A stretch of DNA of 32,700 nucleotides from Methanobacteriaceae archaeon (GTDB lineage Archaea > Methanobacteriota > Methanobacteria > Methanobacteriales > Methanobacteriaceae), in the NCBI GenBank assembly GCA_011620845.1, contig WOYJ01000029.1, positions 1 through 32,700 of the forward strand. Direction: 5' to 3'. Below the pieces are notes generated by a model. The model did not search any database. It was given only the letters and a program-made list of their open reading frames with translations, and was not told where the DNA came from. Within the stretch, counting starts at the first letter, position 1. Each line of letters begins with the position of its first letter. Position numbers and translations under genes: made by a program. Below are positions 31,748 to 32,700 of this stretch, in pieces.

Positions 31748-32700
31748 ATGAAGAAAATGGGAACTTTAAGATTAACCATGCGGCTATATTTAGCAATTGC
31801 CCTATTATTTTTCCTGATCTATGTGATTGTTACACTGGCCGGATATTTCCTGCACTTCGGGAACCTTACCTTCTACGCTATACTGGCCGTCGCCATAGTA
31901 GTGGGCCAGTACCTTCTGGGGCCTAAGCTGGTGGAAATGACCATGCGGGTGAGATACGTATCTCCCCATGAAGCCCCTAAACTCCATGCCATGGTGGAAG
32001 ACCTGGCCATGAAGGCTGGCATCCCCAAACCAAAGGTAGGAATCTCTGAAGTGAACATACCCAATGCATTCGCCTTCGGGAGAACCAAAAGTGACGGTAG
32101 AGTCTGCGTAACCAGGGGATTACTTCACATACTGGATGAAGGAGAATTAAGGGCGGTTCTGGGACATGAACTATCCCACATCAACCACCGGGACATGGCG
32201 GTGATAACCATGATCAGCGCCGTTCCACTGATCTTCTACTACATATTCATCAGCACATTATTCAGTGGCGGTGACAATGATAATGCCGGACTCATCGGAG
32301 TCGTCGCTTTAGTTGGTTATTTCCTGTCACAGTTGATTGTTCTCTTCGTATCTAGGGTAAGGGAATATTATGCCGATCAGGGAAGTGTAGAACTGGGAAA
32401 CCCACCACATGAACTGGCCAGCGCACTTTACAAACTTACCTATACCTCAGCTGTAGCAGATAAAAGGGAAAAGAAGGAAGTTGAGGGTGTGAAAGCCTTC
32501 TTCGTCAACGACATTTCCAGCTCCAGTGATGTGATCAGTGACTTAAAACAGCTGGACCTGGACATGAATGGAAGCATCAGTGAAGCTGAACTCAATGAAC
32601 TAAAATACAACCGAACCAAAATAGGTACCGGCAGTCAGATCATGGAAGTACTTTCTACCCACCCCAACATGGTTAAAAGGGTTAAAAGACTGTCTGAGAT
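31748..32700 (+). CDS. htpX: Zinc metalloprotease HtpX (M48), truncated by the window end
   Basis: Translated by hand (absent from the ORF track): AGGTGA RBS, PNAFAFG, VLGHELSH, SRVREYYAD, LASALYKL, STHP. Confidence 0.93.
   Translation, partial: MKKMGTLRLTMRLYLAIALLFFLIYVIVTLAGYFLHFGNLTFYAILAVAIVVGQYLLGPKLVEMTMRVRYVSPHEAPKLHAMVEDLAMKAGIPKPKVGISEVNIPNAFAFGRTKSDGRVCVTRGLLHILDEGELRAVLGHELSHINHRDMAVITMISAVPLIFYYIFISTLFSGGDNDNAGLIGVVALVGYFLSQLIVLFVSRVREYYADQGSVELGNPPHELASALYKLTYTSAVADKREKKEVEGVKAFFVNDISSSSDVISDLKQLDLDMNGSISEAELNELKYNRTKIGTGSQIMEVLSTHPNMVKRVKRLSE

Overview
Archaeal chromosome segment, most consistent with a Methanobacteriales methanogen (Methanobacterium-like; inferred from gene set, GGTGA-type ribosome-binding sites and gene order). 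It is mostly core genome: DGGGP synthase, tRNA-Ala(CGC), tmk, tyrS, NMD3, aIF-2beta, MCM, RlmE, TopA, AglB/STT3, DRG GTPase, Thi4, AK6, RFC small and large subunits, an APC permease and HtpX (cut by the window end). Accessory or odd parts include a CDGSH Fe-S/DedA/CDF cluster just behind the tRNA (CDF gene apparently frameshifted twice), a very acidic orphan, an acyltransferase-3 gene, a degraded IS, a decayed sensor membrane-domain pseudogene and many 14-25 bp tandem duplications. The strongest leads are a divergent DUF368 + DedA pair (possible polyprenyl-phosphate recycling module), a TtcA/NcsA-like protein without its catalytic motifs, a probable ATT start codon on the APC permease and a canonical EF-hand loop in HtpX. 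No CRISPR array, rRNA, prophage or recognisable defence system was seen. Family calls come from recognising motifs by eye, not from database searches.
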